A stretch of 64,000 nt of DNA from an uncultured Caryophanaceae bacterium (GTDB lineage Bacteria; Bacillota; Bacilli; Bacillales_A; Planococcaceae), in assembly GCA_963843665.1 (NCBI GenBank), contig CAWJLH010000011.1:33677-97676 (forward strand), given 5' to 3'. This document shows positions 1-10,814 of this stretch, piece by piece. The translations under genes and the position numbers were made by a program. Position 1 is the first letter of the stretch, and each line of letters begins with the position of its first letter. The notes beneath the pieces were generated by a model. The model ran no database searches, was not told where the DNA came from, and saw only the letters and a list, made by a program, of their open reading frames with translations.

Positions 1-1
1 G

Positions 2-943
2 GCAGGATTTGCGAAGTTGGGTTATCCGTCGAGACCGGTCACGATAAAAGGCAGGCAAGCTGCGGCGGCAGTCGGTCAGAGCTTGCTCATCCAGTCATAT
101 ATTGAGAAATTCAGTGAGCATAATATTATCCCTTCCCAGATTTTATTGACACGTAGCGATTTTTCTAACCGTGAACGTTATCGAAACGCCTTTGCAACCA
201 TGACGGAGCTATTGGATCGCGGAATTGTGCCGATTATCAATGAAAATGATACTGTTTCCGTTGAGGAATTGACGTTTGGTGATAATGATATGCTGTCTGC
301 ACTGGTCGGTGGTTTTCTCCATGCTGACCAGCTAATCATTTTGACAGATATCAACGGGCTGTATGAATCGAATCCACGAACCAATCCGAGGGCGAAACGA
401 TTCGATTACTTGGAACAGATTACCGATGATTTACTCCAAGGAGCGGACGAAACGGGATCGAAAGTCGGAACGGGCGGCATGAAGTCGAAGCTGTTGGCTG
501 CCAAAACGGCGACATCTTTGGGCGTATCTGTTTTCATCGGTACCGGAGAGGGTACCGAAAAATTGCTCAACATTGTAAGAGGGGATGGGGATGGCACCTA
601 TATTTCCAATCCTGATGTCGCAAAAATCAATAACAGCAGGCAATGGATCGTCCTGCATTCCGAAACAACCGGCAAGCTCTATGTAGATGAAGGGGCGGAA
701 CAAGCCATTTTATATAATGGAAAGAGCCTTTTGCCCGCAGGCGTGTTCAAAGTCAAAGGTACATTCCACAAAGGAGACGTCGTGGAAGTGTTCGGCTTGA
801 ACGGCCTGTTAGGTAAAGGGGAAGTGAGCTATTCATCGGATGAATTGAAAGATACGATTGAACAGCGCAACAAGGAACGGATTGCGGATATGCTGACATC
901 GACAGTTGAAGTCATTCACCGCGATCGTTGGGCGAAAATTTGA
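2..943 (+). CDS. proB: Glutamate 5-kinase (5'-truncated by window edge)
   Basis: Frame open from position 2. Motifs PIINENDTV, FGDND.LSALV, GTGGM.SKL and a C-terminal PUA domain; directly upstream of proA. Confidence 0.95.
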   Translation, partial: AGFAKLGYPSRPVTIKGRQAAAAVGQSLLIQSYIEKFSEHNIIPSQILLTRSDFSNRERYRNAFATMTELLDRGIVPIINENDTVSVEELTFGDNDMLSALVGGFLHADQLIILTDINGLYESNPRTNPRAKRFDYLEQITDDLLQGADETGSKVGTGGMKSKLLAAKTATSLGVSVFIGTGEGTEKLLNIVRGDGDGTYISNPDVAKINNSRQWIVLHSETTGKLYVDEGAEQAILYNGKSLLPAGVFKVKGTFHKGDVVEVFGLNGLLGKGEVSYSSDELKDTIEQRNKERIADMLTSTVEVIHRDRWAKI

Positions 944-958
944 AATGGGGGATGAAAG

Positions 959-2206
959 ATGAGTGAAGTGAACAACAAAGGCTTTGCCGCAAAGAAGGCA
1001 AGCTATGCACTGATCAATTGTACAACAGAGGAAAAAAATGCAGCCTTGTCATTGATTGCCGAACAATTATCAGCAGATCAAGCTGCAATTGTTAATGAAA
1101 ATCAAAAAGATCTGGTTGAAGGAAAAGCGAATGGACTATCTGACGCTGTCCTGGACCGGATCATGCTGAACGAAAACCGAATCCAAGGCATGGTACAGGC
1201 TGTCCACCTACTGGTTGAACTGAAGGATCCGATTGGCGAGATACTTGAAACAATCAATAAGGAAAACGGATTGCGGATTGAAACAAAACGCGTGCCGATC
1301 GGTGTCATCGGCATGATTTATGAAGCAAGACCCAATGTGACGGTTGACGCAGCCACATTGGCCATCAAAACCGGGAATGCCGTCATACTACGGGGCAGTT
1401 CTTCAGCGAAGCATTCGAATCAGGCGCTTATTAACTCCATTCATACTGCGCTTGCCAAGAGTGAACTTCCAGTAGATTCGGTTCAGTTAATTGAAGATAC
1501 AAGCCGTGAAACCGCAAAAGAATTGTTCCGATTAGATGAATACTTGGATGTTCTCATTCCGAGGGGCGGAAAAACACTTATTGAAACGGTCGTTCGTGAA
1601 GCGACGGTCCCTGTCATTCAAACAGGTGCAGGGAATTGTCACATCTATATCGATGAAACCGCAGATGCAGATATGGCAGAACGCATCGCGTTGAACGCCA
1701 AAATCCAACGTCCATCTGTCTGTAATGCTATTGAAACGATTGTCATCCATGATGATTGGTTTGCAAAACATGGCAAAGCGCTGATTGAAAAATTACAGAC
1801 CAATGATGTGGAAATTTTCGGGGATGAAACCGTTGTCCGCGAGTGTAACGGGGTACAGCTGGCATCAGCGGATGATTGGTCAATCGAATACCTCGGTTTG
1901 ACGGTAAGCGTAAAACTGGTTTCCAATTTGGAAGAAGCCATCGATCACATCAATCAGTACGGGACTAAGCATTCCGAAGCCATCATTACAAACAATGAGC
2001 AAAATGCGGCCTACTTCCTGAACCGTGTCGATGCGGCCGCCGTATACCATAATGCATCCACACGCTTTACAGATGGATTCGAATTCGGCTATGGTGCAGA
2101 AATCGGCATCAGCACACAAAAGTTACATGCGCGGGGGCCGATGGGATTGAAAGCATTGACGACAAGTAAATGCATGATTTTTGGACAAGGACAAGTACGG
2201 GTGTAG
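959..2206 (+). CDS. proA: Gamma-glutamyl phosphate reductase
   Basis: Motifs [38 protein letters not shown] and [12 protein letters not shown]. Confidence 0.97.
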   Translation: MSEVNNKGFAAKKASYALINCTTEEKNAALSLIAEQLSADQAAIVNENQKDLVEGKANGLSDAVLDRIMLNENRIQGMVQAVHLLVELKDPIGEILETINKENGLRIETKRVPIGVIGMIYEARPNVTVDAATLAIKTGNAVILRGSSSAKHSNQALINSIHTALAKSELPVDSVQLIEDTSRETAKELFRLDEYLDVLIPRGGKTLIETVVREATVPVIQTGAGNCHIYIDETADADMAERIALNAKIQRPSVCNAIETIVIHDDWFAKHGKALIEKLQTNDVEIFGDETVVRECNGVQLASADDWSIEYLGLTVSVKLVSNLEEAIDHINQYGTKHSEAIITNNEQNAAYFLNRVDAAAVYHNASTRFTDGFEFGYGAEIGISTQKLHARGPMGLKALTTSKCMIFGQGQVRV

Positions 2207-2240
2207 TATACTAATAGAAGAGTACCGATAAAATAAGTAA

Positions 2241-2744
2241 ATGGAGTTGCTAAATATGGTAGAACAAGTAGCACGTTTCAAAGAAGCATTGGGTAATTAT
2301 CCGACTGGCGTTACTGTCGTGACAGCATTTGATGAGCAGAACCAGCCGTTAGGACTGACAGTCAATTCTTTTGCATCCGTGTCATTGGATCCATTGCTCA
2401 TTCTATGGTCCATCGACAAAAGATCGGCGTCCTATGACGCGGTTTTAAAGACGGACAAATTTGCGGTCAATATTTTAGCTGCAGACCAAAGTGATCTATG
2501 TACATTGTTTTCTAGTAAAGTAACGGATCGTTTCAGTCAATGCGGATGGGAAAAATCCGATTTGAACCTGCCTATCTTATCAGAATCACTGGCAGTTTTA
2601 CAATGTAAGACATACCAACAAGTAGAAGCCGGCGATCACACCATACTGATCGGTGAGGTGCTGGATATTCAAAATGCCGACAAAGAACCGCTATTGTATC
2701 ATCGTAGAACTATCGGAGGCATTCCGGAAGTATTTTATAACTAA
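2241..2744 (+). CDS. Flavin reductase family protein (HpaC/RutF-like)
   Basis: Motifs FKEALGNYPTGVTVVT, NSFASVSLDP.L and GDHTILIGEV. Confidence 0.9.
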   Translation: MELLNMVEQVARFKEALGNYPTGVTVVTAFDEQNQPLGLTVNSFASVSLDPLLILWSIDKRSASYDAVLKTDKFAVNILAADQSDLCTLFSSKVTDRFSQCGWEKSDLNLPILSESLAVLQCKTYQQVEAGDHTILIGEVLDIQNADKEPLLYHRRTIGGIPEVFYN

Positions 2745-2748
2745 TTAT

Positions 2749-2788
2749 AAAAAACGCACTGGAAGTTCAATCTCCATTGCGTTTTTTT
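2749..2788 (+). terminator. Intrinsic terminator
   Basis: AAAAAACGCA...TGCGTTTTTTT hairpin with T-tract after the flavin reductase gene. Confidence 0.7.
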
Positions 2789-2881
2789 ATGAACTTTTTA
2801 GGGGATGACGTAGATGACTGTCAGTCTTCGAAATTGCTGAGAAATTAAAGCGCGGGGACACTACTAGCCCCGCGTTGCTCT

Positions 2882-3805
2882 TTATTCCAACTCCAAGTGA
2901 TGTTTCAATGCATGAGATATTTCCTGCAATTCCAAGTCATTCATCATGTAGTACCAAATATTTCCATTCATTCGCTTGCCGGTCCCATTTTCAAAGCGCA
3001 GCTGTTCAACAGTCCCGACTGCATCCCGGTAGTTTTTCTGTACATAGATCATTTCATCGAATGTCATATTCGTTTTCACATTATCGCCCAATGCATTAAA
3101 AACACTTCGGTAATTCAGTAAGCTCGTCAATGAAGTCCCCTCTTCCAATACTCCATGAATGACCTGCTTCTGTCGCTCTTGCCGACCGAAATCACCATTA
3201 GGATCTCCTTTACGCATACGCACATAAGACAATGCTTCCTGGCCGTCCAACGTTATTTCACCAGCAGGGTAATGGTACGAATCCTGTTTGAAATCCAATG
3301 CATTGTTTACTGTCACGCCTCCGACTGCGTCGACGATTGTCGTGAAACTTTCCATATTGACCTCCACGACATAATCGATAGGCATATCCAACAAATGCTC
3401 TACGGAGTCCATTGACATCTCAATACCACCAAAAGCGTACGCATGATTGAGCTTATCCTTCGTACCGTGACCGACAATATCCGTATACGTATCCCGAGGA
3501 ATACTTACCATCTTCGTCGATTGGAGCTTCGGATTAACCGCCAACACAATCATCGTATCTGACCGCCCTTTATCGCCTTCCCGCTCATCGACGCCTAATA
3601 CGAGGACGGAAAACGGCTCTAACTTGCTGACATCGATTTGCACTTCCCGCATAGCTGACACTGGACGGCCAATGGGTTCATACATCCCTTTCAATGCCGA
3701 AGTCAAATCAAAATAGACACTCAACGCAAATCCGCCGATGGCTAGACCAACTACTGTTAGTACCCATGGCCACTTTTTCTGCTTCTTTCTATCTGAACGT
3801 TTCAT
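2882..3805 (-). CDS. LCP (LytR-CpsA-Psr) family cell-wall polymer ligase
   Basis: N-terminal TM helix, then LGVDER..D.GRSDT, SIPRDT, KLNHAY and DFGRQERQ. Start placed at the ATG (3805) following a GGAGG RBS. Confidence 0.92.
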   Translation of the reverse strand: MKRSDRKKQKKWPWVLTVVGLAIGGFALSVYFDLTSALKGMYEPIGRPVSAMREVQIDVSKLEPFSVLVLGVDEREGDKGRSDTMIVLAVNPKLQSTKMVSIPRDTYTDIVGHGTKDKLNHAYAFGGIEMSMDSVEHLLDMPIDYVVEVNMESFTTIVDAVGGVTVNNALDFKQDSYHYPAGEITLDGQEALSYVRMRKGDPNGDFGRQERQKQVIHGVLEEGTSLTSLLNYRSVFNALGDNVKTNMTFDEMIYVQKNYRDAVGTVEQLRFENGTGKRMNGNIWYYMMNDLELQEISHALKHHLELE

Positions 3806-4036
3806 TAATATTCCTCCATCATCGATAATCCGAAAAAGCATACGAAGTATTGACGTAATGACTTTTATGTAAGTTTCAACCAACTTTTGGCTTTTCGGGA
3901 AATGTCGACTAGGAAATCGAAGGGATAATACAAGATGCCTGTATGGCGATTCAACAGCAACAATCGAATTTGAACTGTTCTAAATACATGCTCTAGTTCT
4001 TAGAGTGTAACAACACCGAGAAATAGGGGGAGAAGC

Positions 4037-4915
4037 ATGCTAATCGATGGGGTATTTTCCGGAGGTGGTTTGAAAGGTTTTGCACTCGTAGGGGCGTATC
4101 AAGTATTGGAAGAAAAGGGCTATAAGTTCCAACGTGTTGCCGGTACAAGTGCAGGTGCCATTCTTGCAAGCTTTATAGCGGCGGGGTACTCTGCCAAGGA
4201 GATTGAAAAAATGTTGGATGAACTGGAGATTTCTGCTTTTCTGGATTCTCGTAAAACCATCCTTCCACTGCCGTTCATGAAATGGCTCCAACTGTATTGG
4301 CGACTTGGCATATACCAAGGTAAAGCACTGGAAAATTGGTTCTTGGAAAAATTGGCAGAGAAAGGGGTCTACTCATTTTCCGATGTGCCGGCTGGATCTT
4401 TGAAACTTGTCGCTTCCGATTTAACGAACGGCAAAATAATTGTCCTTCCCGATGACTTGGAGAGTTATGGAATTCGGCCGGATACATTCCCAATCGCCCG
4501 CGCTTTGCGCATGAGTTGCGGCATTCCGTTTTTCTTTGAACCTGTCAAGTTGCAAGTAGGTTCCGGTGATACAATCGTTGTTGACGGAGGCGTATTAAGC
4601 AATTTTCCTATGTGGTTATTTGAGGACGAAAAAGGAAAAAGGGAACGGCCGTTGCTAGGGTTAAAGCTAAGCCAAAACGGAGAAGAGCGGGAAGGATATC
4701 AAATCCGTAATGCCCTGAATTTGTTCGAAGCTCTATTTTCGACGATGAAGAACGCCCATGATGAAAGATATATTTCTAGAAAACACGAAAAAGATATCAT
4801 TTTCATCCCGGTAGAGGGGTACAGTGCGACACAATTTGATGTAGATGAAGAGACGAAAAATGCCTTGTTGGAAATCGGACGTAGCCGGACGAGACAATTT
4901 CTTAAGACATGGTAA
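4037..4915 (+). CDS. Patatin-like phospholipase (YqhO-like)
   Basis: Glycine loop SGGGLKG, nucleophile elbow GTSAG and DGG motif. Confidence 0.9.
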   Translation: MLIDGVFSGGGLKGFALVGAYQVLEEKGYKFQRVAGTSAGAILASFIAAGYSAKEIEKMLDELEISAFLDSRKTILPLPFMKWLQLYWRLGIYQGKALENWFLEKLAEKGVYSFSDVPAGSLKLVASDLTNGKIIVLPDDLESYGIRPDTFPIARALRMSCGIPFFFEPVKLQVGSGDTIVVDGGVLSNFPMWLFEDEKGKRERPLLGLKLSQNGEEREGYQIRNALNLFEALFSTMKNAHDERYISRKHEKDIIFIPVEGYSATQFDVDEETKNALLEIGRSRTRQFLKTW

Positions 4916-5015
4916 AGCGTTCACGATTTGTTCATTGAAATCCAGATTCTTCCCTTTCTTATTTACGCTAAATTTACTATAATAGAATCATATCAGAGAA
5001 GGAGTTGGGGAAGGC

Positions 5016-6752
5016 TTGAAGCCTATTTCTACATTTGCAACAAAAATCGTCGTCCTAGTCCTCTTAGTCGTTGGAATTACAGCAAGTGTCGGATGGTATT
5101 TTTTTGATGCGAATAAAGAAACCGCAATCTCATTTTCCAATCTGGAAAAAACAATCCAGGCCCAAAACGGTCAGCAAGTCTCTTTGAAAGAGAAGTCTGA
5201 CGGAACGGTATACTTGCAGACAAAAGACGCACTTTACGTGACACAAGTCCGTCCGCAAAGCCAGTTAGTCGAACAACTAGTGGAAAAATATAATATAACC
5301 TATAAATATTCCGACCAAAGCGGAACCGGTAGTTTGGTCATAGGCGGATTATTATTCGCGTCACTCATTACATTGTTTGTGCTCCATAAGAAAGGGAAGA
5401 TTGGCGTCGGTGCCTCTTCCATGAAAAACAGTGCATCCAAAGCAACCCCTCTACCGGATATTACGTTAAATGATATCGGTGGGCTCCCGGTGGAGATGAA
5501 AGAAGAGATTCACCAAACGTTGTCCATTGTTAAAGATCCGAAAGGTTCAATTGATCTTGGCATTAGTGCGCCCAATGGCATCTTGTTGTACGGACCGCCC
5601 GGAACGGGGAAGACTTTGCTCGCGCAAGCCATTGCACGGGAAATCGGCGCGACGTTCTTTTCCTCCAGCGGTGCATCCTTCACAGAGCTATTCGTAGGCG
5701 TCGGGGCTTCCCGCGTCCGCACCCTTTTTCAAAATGCAAGAAAGCATAAGCCTGCAGTCATTTTTATCGATGAGGTGGATGCCCTTGCGGCGAAACGGAA
5801 GACGCATGGCGGGGAAGAAGCGGAGAAAACATTGACCGAATTGCTCGTACAACTGGACGGCGGAAACGATAACGACGGCATTCTGTTCATTGCAGCGACG
5901 AATCGGAAAGATATGCTGGACGATGCATTCCTACGTCCAGGCCGGATTGATTATTCATTCCAAGTTCCATTGCCCGATACGATCGGAAGAAGAGAGATTA
6001 TCGATATTCACGCAAGAGGCAAGTTGCTAGCTGAGGATGTCGTGGCTTCCTTGGATGTTTTAGCGGAAAGCACATCCGGTTTTTCCGGTGCAGAGCTTAG
6101 CTCGCTTTTTGAAACGGCAAGCAGAAGGGCAATCCGGGATGGTCGCCAAGCGATTGATAAAAGCGATCTCGACTTTGCAATTGACCGGACAATCCTCGGA
6201 AGTACGTCCCGTTCCATGAACGACCCGGAAACAAAGCGGAGAGTGGCGATTCACGAATCGGGACACGCGCTTATCGCTGCGATCACCAAGCCTGGTTCTG
6301 TAAGGAAAGCGACCATCATTCCGCGTGGGCAGGCACTTGGCTATGTTGCACCAATTCAAAAAGAGCTTCATCTTTCGACATTCAGTGAATTATTGGACCA
6401 AGTGAGCATGATTCTTGCTGGCGGCGTCGCCGAGCGTATCTACCTCGGCGAACACAGTATTGGCGTAAGCGGAGATGTCCAACAAGCAAAGGACATTATT
6501 GAGCGTATGGTCGATACGGGGCTGCTTCAAGATGGATTTACGTTAACGTTCAATAAAGGCGAAAAAGAAGCGAAAATGCAACAGATTTTCGGAGATGCAC
6601 TTCAGAAGACAGAGCGCCTCCTACAAGAAAACACTGCTCAGTTCGAACAGCTAGTCGATGCGTTAATGCGCAAAGAAACGCTTGACGGTACAGAGGTTCA
6701 AACGATTGTTACCGGTAATGCTGTTGAATTGGAAACGGTGTGCGTTGGTTGA
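5016..6752 (+). CDS. FtsH-like membrane AAA+ zinc metalloprotease (paralog with shortened M41 domain)
   Basis: Two N-terminal TM helices, Walker A GPPGTGKT, pore motif FVGVGASRVR, Walker B IFIDEVD, SRH LRPGRID and HESGH zinc motif. TTG start. Confidence 0.85.
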   Translation: MKPISTFATKIVVLVLLVVGITASVGWYFFDANKETAISFSNLEKTIQAQNGQQVSLKEKSDGTVYLQTKDALYVTQVRPQSQLVEQLVEKYNITYKYSDQSGTGSLVIGGLLFASLITLFVLHKKGKIGVGASSMKNSASKATPLPDITLNDIGGLPVEMKEEIHQTLSIVKDPKGSIDLGISAPNGILLYGPPGTGKTLLAQAIAREIGATFFSSSGASFTELFVGVGASRVRTLFQNARKHKPAVIFIDEVDALAAKRKTHGGEEAEKTLTELLVQLDGGNDNDGILFIAATNRKDMLDDAFLRPGRIDYSFQVPLPDTIGRREIIDIHARGKLLAEDVVASLDVLAESTSGFSGAELSSLFETASRRAIRDGRQAIDKSDLDFAIDRTILGSTSRSMNDPETKRRVAIHESGHALIAAITKPGSVRKATIIPRGQALGYVAPIQKELHLSTFSELLDQVSMILAGGVAERIYLGEHSIGVSGDVQQAKDIIERMVDTGLLQDGFTLTFNKGEKEAKMQQIFGDALQKTERLLQENTAQFEQLVDALMRKETLDGTEVQTIVTGNAVELETVCVG

Positions 6753-6799
6753 ATGCGCACCAAGTACGAGGTTGTATGCCTAAATTCATATAGTGATAA

Positions 6800-6836
6800 T
6801 GAAAAAACAGCCATGTTGTATGGCTGTTTTTTTCAT
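6800..6836. terminator. Bidirectional intrinsic terminator
   Basis: ATGAAAAAACAGCCAT-gttgt-ATGGCTGTTTTTTTCAT between convergent genes. Confidence 0.8.
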
Positions 6837-6884
6837 GCCTATATAAGTTAGAATTGATGCGAGAACAGTACTCAGATAGATGAA

Positions 6885-7280
6885 TTAGTAATATGGAAGC
6901 TCGTTGCCTTCTAAATAGGCCTTCAAATTTGCCAAAGAATAATCGAAACCTTCTTGGTTAAACTGAACGGTCGTGCCAGCAGATTCTGCAGTTAACTTGA
7001 TGGTAATGAGTAAATCATTCGAATCCCAGTAATAAGTGAATTTTTCATAAGGGATAACTTCTTTAATCGTAAAATGCATGGTCATACTTTCATCTTCATT
7101 AAGATTGTTGTATGCGCTGGGCATTAGTGTGAAAGTTGCTCGCTGGCCGACCTCCAAAGTAGGAATTTTCCATTGGGATCCAGGAGCATACCAAACAGAA
7201 AATTTTTCGTCGTTCACAATCGCATTCCAAACTGCCTCTGTATCCTTTTGTATGTAAATGGTTGAAGTATCGCTACTCAA
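6885..7280 (-). CDS. SRPBCC/AHSA1-like ligand-binding domain protein
   Basis: TTG start at 7280 after AAGGGGG. Pattern IYIQK..E.VW.A......W plus EVIPYEKFTY.W and T.V.F.Q.GF. Confidence 0.75.
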   Translation of the reverse strand: MSSDTSTIYIQKDTEAVWNAIVNDEKFSVWYAPGSQWKIPTLEVGQRATFTLMPSAYNNLNEDESMTMHFTIKEVIPYEKFTYYWDSNDLLITIKLTAESAGTTVQFNQEGFDYSLANLKAYLEGNELPYY

Positions 7281-7392
7281 TTGACAAGCCCCCTTATCGA
7301 TCCTATTCAGTATAGAAAAGTCCAGAGGAAAAAACAAACGTGTTATGATGGATACATATATGGACAGCGATATGAGATGGGAGTGGAAAGGC

Positions 7393-7815
7393 ATGTATGA
7401 ACAAAAAACGAAAGAAACAGATGAAAGCGTTATCGAATTTATTGAAAATGTAGATAGTCCTAACAAAAGGGCAGATGCTTACCGCTTACTCGAACTGTTT
7501 ACGGAAATAACAGGCTTTGAAGCGAAAATGTGGGGGCCAAGCATTATCGGATTTGGATCGTATCATTATGTCTATAAAACAGGTCATGAAGGCGACGCAC
7601 CACTCGTCGCTTTCTCTCCGCGTAAAGCCAAAATCAGTCTGTACTTTGCACCGGGTGATACGGAACGTGAAGCGTTACTAGCCAAATTTGGGAAGCATAC
7701 GACTGGCAAGGCATGTGTGTACATTAACAAAGTAGATGATATCGATATTGAAGTATTAAAAGAGTTAATTACCCAATCAGCAAGATTCTTACAGAGCCAA
7801 TATCCTGCCGAATGA
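7393..7815 (+). CDS. DUF1801 (YdhG-like) domain protein
   Basis: MYEQKTKET..SV..FI, MWGPSIIGFGSYHY and GKACVYINK resemble this family. Confidence 0.85.
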   Translation: MYEQKTKETDESVIEFIENVDSPNKRADAYRLLELFTEITGFEAKMWGPSIIGFGSYHYVYKTGHEGDAPLVAFSPRKAKISLYFAPGDTEREALLAKFGKHTTGKACVYINKVDDIDIEVLKELITQSARFLQSQYPAE

Positions 7816-8017
7816 AAACATGCAGGTTACTATCCACGTTTTCATTGACTCTGTGGCACACCCTGACCTTTAGGATGTAAGTAGAGGGGGGCGTTTGAGA
7901 ATTTGGAAGAACTGCTAATACAAAAAAAGAACGTTTACACTATGAAATGAATCAAAAACACCAAAAGATATTGGATATCGAAGTATTTATCCGTAATGGG
8001 CGAGAGGGGTCAAAGGA

Positions 8018-8491
8018 ATGAATTGGCAAGAAGAGCGATTGATCAATGCACCGATTGATGTGGTGTGGCCTCTATTTGAGGAAGAACAGATTACACGGAT
8101 TATGCCAAAAGTAGTGGGAAATCGTTGGCTTGATAAAAAAACAGGAATGGTCGGTTCGACATACGAACAGACCTATCGAGAAGGAAAACGAAAAGAAACC
8201 TATGTGGTGGAAATTACGGAATTCGAAGATACGGATAATCGTAAACGTAAACGTATTCAGTTCCAGCTTGCACGAGCTTTTGAAATGGAATTAGGATTTA
8301 CAATGGAAAAAATAAGTGAAGAGCAGACGAAATTCATTTATTCCGGATCTAATCGTGGCATTAATTTTGTCGGTCGTGCGATGTTAAAAATCGGTAGTGA
8401 TAAAAATGCTGATCAAGTGATTTATGAATTTATGGATCGAGTGGAACAAGAAGCCATACAAGACCTCAACCTTAGCCCAATAAGCGATTAG
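8018..8491 (+). CDS. SRPBCC family protein
   Basis: INAPIDVVW N-terminal signature; RBS GAGGGG upstream. Confidence 0.7.
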   Translation: MNWQEERLINAPIDVVWPLFEEEQITRIMPKVVGNRWLDKKTGMVGSTYEQTYREGKRKETYVVEITEFEDTDNRKRKRIQFQLARAFEMELGFTMEKISEEQTKFIYSGSNRGINFVGRAMLKIGSDKNADQVIYEFMDRVEQEAIQDLNLSPISD

Positions 8492-8614
8492 GTAGCGTGA
8501 ACTCGGCTAGTTAATTGTTATGAGAATAGCATCACACATCAATGCATCCTTGTGATAATTATACAAATCCCGGATGGACAATTCGAAAGTATTCATCATT
8601 GGTAAAGTGAAAGG

Positions 8615-8824
8615 TTGAAGAGGGAAATGGAGATAAGAGAGACCGAAAGTTGTCCGCTCTGTAATCAATGCAATAATTGTTGCAATGGCAAAGAAAAATC
8701 AGAAGGTAATTGTTGGTGTACGGAAGAAGCTTTTCCGAATGGAATATTTCAACTTATCCCGCCAGAGCAATTATGGAAAACATGCATTTGCAAAAAATGT
8801 TTAGAACAGTTTACGAAGCATTAA
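8615..8824 (+). CDS. Cysteine-rich CWC family protein
   Basis: CPLC..CN.C, CWC and CICKKC motifs in about 69 aa. Confidence 0.85.
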   Translation: MKREMEIRETESCPLCNQCNNCCNGKEKSEGNCWCTEEAFPNGIFQLIPPEQLWKTCICKKCLEQFTKH

Positions 8825-8938
8825 CGGGGAAAGGATGGGGGATAACGAAAGAGGTCAACAGCCGATAAGAAAAGAGCACCTCATCAGTCTGCAAAATGAT
8901 TGATGTGGTGCTCTTTACCGTTGTCAAACCAAGCATAT

Positions 8939-9508
8939 TCATTTAGCTTCAGCGGTCCGAGTGTATAGAAGATGTGTCGATTTCAATCTATTTCGAACAG
9001 CAATACCGGCCCAGGCTGCCATGACCGCTTTTAATACGCCCACAATCAGAAAAGGAGCAAAACCGCCTGTAAATGCAGCAGTCCATGAAAGGTTTGCAAT
9101 AATTTTCAACCAAACCGTACCAAAAGTTAATGCAACAAACATTCCCAAGATGTTTGCAATGACTGCGTTTTTAATTGAAAAGCTGGTTTTTTCAAGAAAA
9201 TAACCTATGATAAATGCTGTTGGGATGAACCCTACTAAATACCCTCCAGTAGGTCCGAACAGGCTACCTAACCCCCCAGACATCTGAGCAAATACTGGTA
9301 TGCCAATCGCTCCCATGCATAAATAAATGACGATTGAAATTGTCCCATAGCGTGCGCCCAATATGGTTGCGGCAAGTCCGATAGCCAACGTTTGTCCGGT
9401 GATAGGGACTAAAGGTAATGGAATTGTAACTTGTGCAAGTACACCGATAATTGCAGCAAATAAAGATGAAACAATCATCATTCGTAATTTTAATCTTGAT
9501 TCTGGCAT
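8939..9508 (-). CDS. bioY: Biotin transporter BioY (ECF S-component)
   Basis: VPITGQTLA, GAIGIPVFA and GPTGGYLVGF; hydrophobic, 189 aa. Confidence 0.95.
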   Translation of the reverse strand: MPESRLKLRMMIVSSLFAAIIGVLAQVTIPLPLVPITGQTLAIGLAATILGARYGTISIVIYLCMGAIGIPVFAQMSGGLGSLFGPTGGYLVGFIPTAFIIGYFLEKTSFSIKNAVIANILGMFVALTFGTVWLKIIANLSWTAAFTGGFAPFLIVGVLKAVMAAWAGIAVRNRLKSTHLLYTRTAEAK

Positions 9509-9528
9509 TGTGTGAAAATCCTCCTTTG

Positions 9529-9555
9529 GTTAACTTGGAATTACACTTAGTTTAC
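9529..9555. promoter_or_regulatory. Putative BirA operator upstream of bioY
   Basis: GTTAAC-N15-GTTTAC, matching the known Bacillus BirA palindrome layout, 21 bp upstream of the bioY ATG. Confidence 0.7.
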
Positions 9556-9632
9556 TCATTGATTGTATATCAAACAATTTGCATTCGTCAATATGATTAT
9601 TTCAAAGGGCTGTTGCTGAGTAACGACTATAT

Positions 9633-9682
9633 GAAAAAGCCAGTGACCCAAACAATTCGAAATCGTTTGAGAAACTGGCTTT
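9633..9682 (-). terminator. Terminator of the que operon
   Basis: AAAAAGCCAGT...ACTGGCTTT hairpin immediately after the queE stop, with T-tract on the minus strand. Confidence 0.7.
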
Positions 9683-9684
9683 GT

Positions 9685-10392
9685 TTAGACGCCGCGTTTG
9701 TTCCCCCATACTAGCGCATGTAGCTGAGGTAATACTTTGGCATCATTCATAATTGGCGAGTGTACTGTATGTTCAATTAACCACTCGTAGCGATTCAACA
9801 ATTTCGATACGAGTTGTGCATCATCGGTAGTTGTTGTATCATCATTTCCTGTCTGCAAAAAGAAAGGATAGGACGGATAACGGCGATGTATTTCCTCTGC
9901 AAATTTAAAATCCGTTTCATTGAAAATGACAATTTTTAAACTGGCATTCGAATTAGCCAGCTTTTTCATAAATGCATCCAGTTTTTCGAAATCCGTAACC
10001 ATTCCTGAACTCGGTGGTTTCGGAGAAAGGGTGACATCATCTATTTTCAATAACCAATCCTGCCAAAAAGTGGCTTGGGTTTCAACCGCGACTTTCCATC
10101 CTTGTGCATGACAAAGGTCAACGAGCTCTCCAATGCCTTTATGTAGGGCAGGGTTTCCTCCTGATATCGTCACATGTGAAAAAGATTGCCCCCCGATTGC
10201 TTGGAGTTTCTCAATAATTTCACTAGGCTGTTTTAAAACGCTCTTACCTGTACCATCCCATGTAAAACTGGAATCACACCACGAACAAGAATAGTCGCAG
10301 CCAGCAGTGCGGACAAACATTGTTTTTTGTCCAATAACCATTCCCTCTCCTTGAATCGTGGGACCAAATACTTCCATCACAGGAATCTTCAT
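9685..10392 (-). CDS. queE: 7-carboxy-7-deazaguanine synthase (radical SAM)
   Basis: EVFGPTIQGEG, CDYSCSWCD (CxxxCxxC) and LPQLHALVWGN.RGV. Start overlaps the queD stop (ATGA). Confidence 0.95.
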   Translation of the reverse strand: MKIPVMEVFGPTIQGEGMVIGQKTMFVRTAGCDYSCSWCDSSFTWDGTGKSVLKQPSEIIEKLQAIGGQSFSHVTISGGNPALHKGIGELVDLCHAQGWKVAVETQATFWQDWLLKIDDVTLSPKPPSSGMVTDFEKLDAFMKKLANSNASLKIVIFNETDFKFAEEIHRRYPSYPFFLQTGNDDTTTTDDAQLVSKLLNRYEWLIEHTVHSPIMNDAKVLPQLHALVWGNKRGV

Positions 10393-10814
10393 GGCCGTTC
10401 CTCCTGTCCAGGACGGTAGATGACATAGCTTGTCGGCGTTTCGCGAACAATTACTTGCAGACAAGTAGGTTTATTGTCTCTGGTCCGGAGAACATCTTGA
10501 ATGGAGGACCAAATCTGTTCTGCCAATCGTTCGGTCGTCGGGAAGTGTTCTTTAAATTCTGGATGATCGTTCAGCACAGAATGATCATATTTATCGTGTA
10601 TCAGCTTTTTAAGCTGTTTAAAATCAATCAGAAACCCGAGTGTATCCAGCTCATTTCCACCAATGGTCACATTGATATGATACGTATGGCCATGCATGAC
10701 TTGGCATTTCCCAGCTTCTTCATGCGGGATGAAATGCGCTGCTGAAAAATGCATGTCTTTGTTTAATTCAAAACGATAGGCATGCTGAACTTGCGGATAA
10801 AATTGCTGCATCAT
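10389..10814 (-). CDS. queD: 6-carboxy-5,6,7,8-tetrahydropterin synthase
   Basis: FSAAH, C..MHGHTY, DFK.LK, PTTE and VRETPTS motifs. Confidence 0.95.
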   Translation of the reverse strand: MMQQFYPQVQHAYRFELNKDMHFSAAHFIPHEEAGKCQVMHGHTYHINVTIGGNELDTLGFLIDFKQLKKLIHDKYDHSVLNDHPEFKEHFPTTERLAEQIWSSIQDVLRTRDNKPTCLQVIVRETPTSYVIYRPGQEERP

